From Selaginella moellendorffii (taxonomy: Eukaryota; Plantae; Lycopodiophyta), in the NCBI RefSeq assembly GCF_000143415.4, contig NW_003314270.1, forward strand, positions 2,570,191 through 2,634,190: a DNA stretch of 64,000 nt. Direction: 5' to 3'. Positions 59,857 through 64,000 of this stretch are shown here, piece after piece. The notes beneath the pieces are model-generated. The model was not told the origin of the DNA. It was given only the letters and a program-made list of their open reading frames with translations, and did not search any database. Every line of letters starts with the position of its first letter. Within the stretch, counting starts at the first letter, position 1. Made by a program: the position numbers and the translations under genes.

Positions 59857-62800
59857 ATGGCCTTCAGGGTTGGGGAAAATGTTTACATTTTGAATGGTGG
59901 GAAGAGAGTTGCAAAAGGGACCCTTGTGTCTATGGATCGGAACTTTGTTATACACTGTCAAAGGCTTGGGGAAGGCAATGCTGCTGTATCAGTAAAGACT
60001 GTCTTCGATGGGAATGTGGTCGCTATTGAACGAGGAGAGATGGTCGTCGGGGTAAATGTTGTTGTTGCCTTGAAAAATCTTCAGAAGAAAGCAGATGTTG
60101 GGGACAGCGCAAGTGCGACGCATGTTCCCTCCGTGGATCTTAAGAACCGTGCTACATGGATTCAGGCAAAGGTGTTTCTAAACAACCCCGAGGGGGAGGT
60201 GGTAGCTGAGGGCTTAGCCACAGTTGTCGATCCAAGAGATGCGGTTGCTAATCAAGAATTGGGCTGGGATGATATTGGAGTTGTGATTTTAAAGGTTGTT
60301 GACACAGAAAAAAACAGTCTGACTATTGGAAGCATTGTGCGGTGGAAATTGAGGCACTTAGTGTTTGAGAATGTGAAGGATTCACAATCAAACACCACTA
60401 CAACTGATGACAGAACATCTCTTCATGGGAAAAGAAAGTACACCTTCCTAAAGCGCAGCCAAAGGGATCTGAGCAACGAACCGAAAAGGCAGAAAATGGC
60501 GATGGAGGTTTGAATGGTCTTGACAGTTGCTTGTTGCAAGAGGAGGTGCTGTCAACATGCTGATTGGGATGCTATTGAAGAGGAGAGAGAAAGATACAAG
60601 ACATTGTCCTGGAAGGCAGCTCGCAATTTTGTGTATGAGGCATTACGGTCATCTGTTGATGCTTCAGAACATCAGGTGGGGGGCATGGTCTTCCAGAGGG
60701 GTTTGGTCTGCATGAAGGCATGGAGAATCATTTATAGAGTCCCTCGAAGCACATTCTATAGAATCAAAACTGAGTTCGAGGAACAAAGGGTTCAACAGGC
60801 AGTCCATGGGAACAACGGTATGCACAAAACCAGGGGTCATGTTGTATATGGAGAGGCAATCTTCAAGAGGTTTGTTGAGACATGTAGCGAGCAGCAACCA
60901 CATAAAACCCGCCTCTTGGAAGATGGAACACGAGACACCCAACGAGTTCTCCCTTCCATGTATACCAAGGGGGCCATATTGGAAGATGTGAATCGGGAAC
61001 TCTAGAGTAATGGCTATAGGAAGCTGAGCCAATCTAGATTTAGTAAATTGTGGAGCAACAGGTTCAGGGATGTGAGTATAGGAAAGTACTCCAGCTTTTC
61101 AAAGTGTGACGAGTGCACTGCTATCAAAATGGCTTTGTCGAAGAATTCTTGTAGCGCTCAAGAGCGAGAGACGTTGGTTAGAAGGCGGCTCGACCACAAC
61201 ATCGAGCAGAGAAGCTGCAGGACTGCATATTATCATAACAGGATTCTCTCCATGGAGAGACCTGACTCTTACCTCTGCATCATCCACGACAAAATGGACC
61301 AGAAAAAGACATGCTTACCTCGACTCAATCCTGCCCCCAAGGCAATCTCTTCATCCATGCAGTTGCCTGTGTCTCTGTTTGGCATAATCGCTCATGGGCA
61401 TGGTGCCCAGAACTATGGGAACTTCTTTGTACCTCTATGGGGTGGCGGGGGTGCAAACATGATGATTGCGTCCCTAGCAAAACACTTAAGGTCTCTGCAA
61501 AGTGCGCAGACTGAGCTAAACGGCCAACCCTTGCATAAGGCCCTTGTCGATCAAACCCCATACAGGGTTCAGCTGGAGGAGGAGCAAAGGCTTGCAGTAT
61601 CGCATGGGGCCCCATGCCATCCTAGTGAATATGTTGGCCGTCAGATTGTAGGGTTATCACGTGAGGCCTCATGCCATTCCGACGAGGCTGGTCGCCCGGT
61701 GAATGCACAGCCTCATCCAAATGAAGCAGAATCTCAAGGAAGTTCTTGCGGCCGATGTGGCCTTCCACCCCATCTTCTGCTCCAAACAGACAATGCTGGC
61801 AGTGAGAACAAAAACATGTACGTCTTTGCGTACTTGGCGATGCTTGTTGCCAAAGGCATATTTGAAACGGTTACACTTGGCTTTCTCATGGTTGGGCACA
61901 CTCATGAAGACGTCGATGCCATGTTCAGTCACCTGGCAGAGTCCCTCCGGCGATCCAATGTCCTCACCCTCCCACAACTCTACGATGAATTCCAAAATTG
62001 CATCAAAGGCACTGTTGAAGCTGCACTTGTGACAGAGGTTCCAGACTTTAAGGGGTTTGTAAGAGGCTACATTAGGGACGGATCCGAAACGCTGATTGGC
62101 CACTCCAAGCCTCTTCAGTTTCATTTCAACATGCGTGACGGTGCTCCAGTGATGAGGTACAAGATGAGAGAATGGGACACAGTGTGGCTTCCAGTGGACG
62201 GCATTGAACTCTTCAAGAGAGATCCCATAACTGGGGAACCTATAATTCCTCAGGGTTCCCCACGGCCGATGCACCCAGATGGACTCAAAGACCAGGAAAG
62301 TATAGTGGCCGGGATTAGACAGCATATTGCCTTTTGGAAGAGGGGGTTGGTGTTTGGTGGAGAATCCTATTTTAAGAGGTGCAAGCCTTTGCTCGAATAC
62401 TGGGAGAAGATTATATCTGCTATCCAAAATGGGCCGGTTGTATATGAAGAATTGAAAGAGTCCTTCTGGCCAGAACCTAGAGCACCAGATAGTAGCGGAA
62501 CAATGTCCTCTGGAAATGCAGTGACAGATAACGATGTTGAGGATCACTATTGTGGGCCGAGGAACAAGAAGCCGGATTCAGCATTCAATCCAGTACAAGT
62601 CTGCAAAGGAATGGTCGTGCTTGTCAGACCCAGTAATAAAAAACAAATGATATGGGTGGGGCGCTGCATCACTGATGTAGAGGAGGACGCGGAAACTAAC
62701 TCCTTCAATGTAACTGTGGAGTGGTTCAAGCCAAGTTCCGGATATACGAAGGATTGCCTAGAAAAGAGATGGGTGTTGAATCCAAGGGATCCCAGCATGA

Positions 62801-62998
62801 ACATATCGGTGGATAATGTTGTGCATGGTTGGATGCGGAAGCAGAGTGCCACCATCACCTTGCCAGACCATGCAAGAGATGCAGCAAGAGCATTCATAAC
62901 CTGGGTTCAAGGTGAGATTCATTAATATTCCTTTACTAAGTTTCTAATGTATTTTATTTCAAGGTGAACAATCCGAATCTGAATCAGAGGAGGCGTGA
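59857..62998 (+). pseudogene. DDE/D RNase-H-fold transposase (DUF7869-type, Sola1-like), about 1020 aa if two in-frame stops are read through; probable small last exon at 62964-62998
   Basis: Same frame from 59857 to 62925; CCKRRCC, CMKAW, HGN, FSKCDEC, IIHDKMDQ, LLQTDNAGSENKN, FLMVGHTHEDVDAMFS. Confidence 0.75.
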
Positions 62999-64000
62999 TG
63001 GCATGGCGTGATGGCGTGAGGCGTGACACCAAAAAGGAGGTGTCCACTAGCGCTTAGGCTTATAATGGCGTGTGCCCTCATGCCATTTACTTGATCACCA
63101 AATACCTTTTTCCCTTTGCACTAGTATATCTTAATACCGGTCTGAGAAATAGAATGGCATGTGCCCTCAGGCCTTTTACTAAATCACCTTTGAAAGAAAT
63201 GCAAGCCTCTATGTCGTAAAAAAAAGGTACTAGAGAAATTCCTTAATAATATGAATATTATTTAGTTTCATGAAAATACACTAAGGGTCAAATGAGTTAA
63301 ATGACTTCTTCAGACTAGCAATGCCTCTTGCTACACCTTCACAATTAGATTCGTTAGAAAAAGATAACATTGAATAATATCTAAATGTTCTCACCATTAA
63401 GTTATATGTCTGGCTAATAGGAATGACGTTCATCTTGGAAAGCTCACCACATGCTCAATGAACAAACAAATAGTGTGTGTGCACATGCCATCGCTCTTCT
63501 TTAGCTTCAGATTCGGCTTGTTCACCTTGACAATGAGATTTATTATACAACCAGATGGACTCAGTCTGGACACAAAGTCACCGCGCTAGTCACCATGCCC
63601 CAGATATGTCTAGCCCCTGGACAAAAGACATATAATTTCACGTCATTTTCAAATACTTGAAAATTTGTACCTAGTCCCATTTTACTGAATAAATCCCACT
63701 TTAACGAAATAGAGCTTTCTATCTCAACATACCGCTCGGTTTCTTTCAACTATCTTGCAAAATTATGAGAGAGTGAAGACTTTAGGATAATTTAGATAAA
63801 CATGCTTCACTTCTTCTTGCAATTCCAAGTGCATAACAAATGAACCAAATAATGGCACACACTAAACTTGACAGGTTTGCTACAATAAAACTTCCCAACA
63901 CAACACAACCCTAGTGCTACAACACATGCTGGGACTACATGAGATCAAGGAACAATAAACTCCATTACAAAATAACTAGACTCAATTTCAAGAATAGAGT

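Larger units (their letters stand above)
51340..63200. mobile_element. Large (~12 kb) putative DNA transposon with a DUF7869/Sola1-like transposase and a divergent cargo gene; ends not resolved
   Basis: Transposase-like ORF, cargo gene, and a palindrome family confined to this interval. Confidence 0.7.
51343..63491. repeat. Dispersed 22-bp palindromic repeat family, consensus ATGGCRTGNGGCCNCAYGCCAT, about 21 copies
   Basis: Copies start at ~51343, 51634, 52711, 52786, 54012, 54203, 54344, 55843, 57118, 57178, 57255, 57992, 58071, 58928, 59000, 59585, 59683, 59753, 61599, 61656, 63065, 63154, 63470 (a few are partial or degenerate). Confidence 0.92.

Noticed and set aside
59857-62925. Stop-codon recoding or U-to-C editing restoring the transposase
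   Set aside because: This is a nuclear TE context, and methyl-C deamination explains the stops more simply. All host genes here use standard stops.
51343-63491. Palindromic repeats read as a CRISPR array
   Set aside because: Spacing is irregular (tens of bp to over 1 kb), copies sit in introns and CDS, no cas genes are present, and the context is eukaryotic.

Overview
Eukaryotic, land-plant nuclear DNA. Introns are very short (45-60 bp), genes are tightly packed, and PPR and BAHD families are expanded; this is most consistent with a lycophyte such as Selaginella (inferred, not proven). From 1 to 42 kb the window is gene-dense: a GH1 beta-glucosidase; a BAHD acyltransferase cluster whose catalytic HxxxD reads ExxxD; two C2-domain genes; three PPR genes (P, PPR-SMR, PLS-E); a class-3 lipase; TSPO flanked by tRNA-Pro and tRNA-Cys; a DUF2921 gene with a frameshifted tandem copy; tRNA-Val; a UBP27-like protease; Rab-GGTase beta; an eIF5-mimic; TSP9; an F-box gene; and an ER-type NDP kinase. 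There is also a perfect hairpin with 55-bp arms at 11.95 kb. From 42 to 51 kb the sequence is TE debris (Copia, SWIM, LINE-like). The most striking part is 51.3-63.5 kb, a roughly 12-kb putative DNA transposon. It carries a DUF7869/Sola1-like transposase ORF and a divergent multi-exon cargo gene encoding ParB-like, DNA-methyltransferase-like, acidic and FCP1/NIF-phosphatase-like domains. The element is studded with about 21 copies of a 22-bp palindrome (ATGGCRTGNGGCCNCAYGCCAT), several of them inside ~50-bp introns. Domain calls come from motif recognition by eye; no database searches were run.
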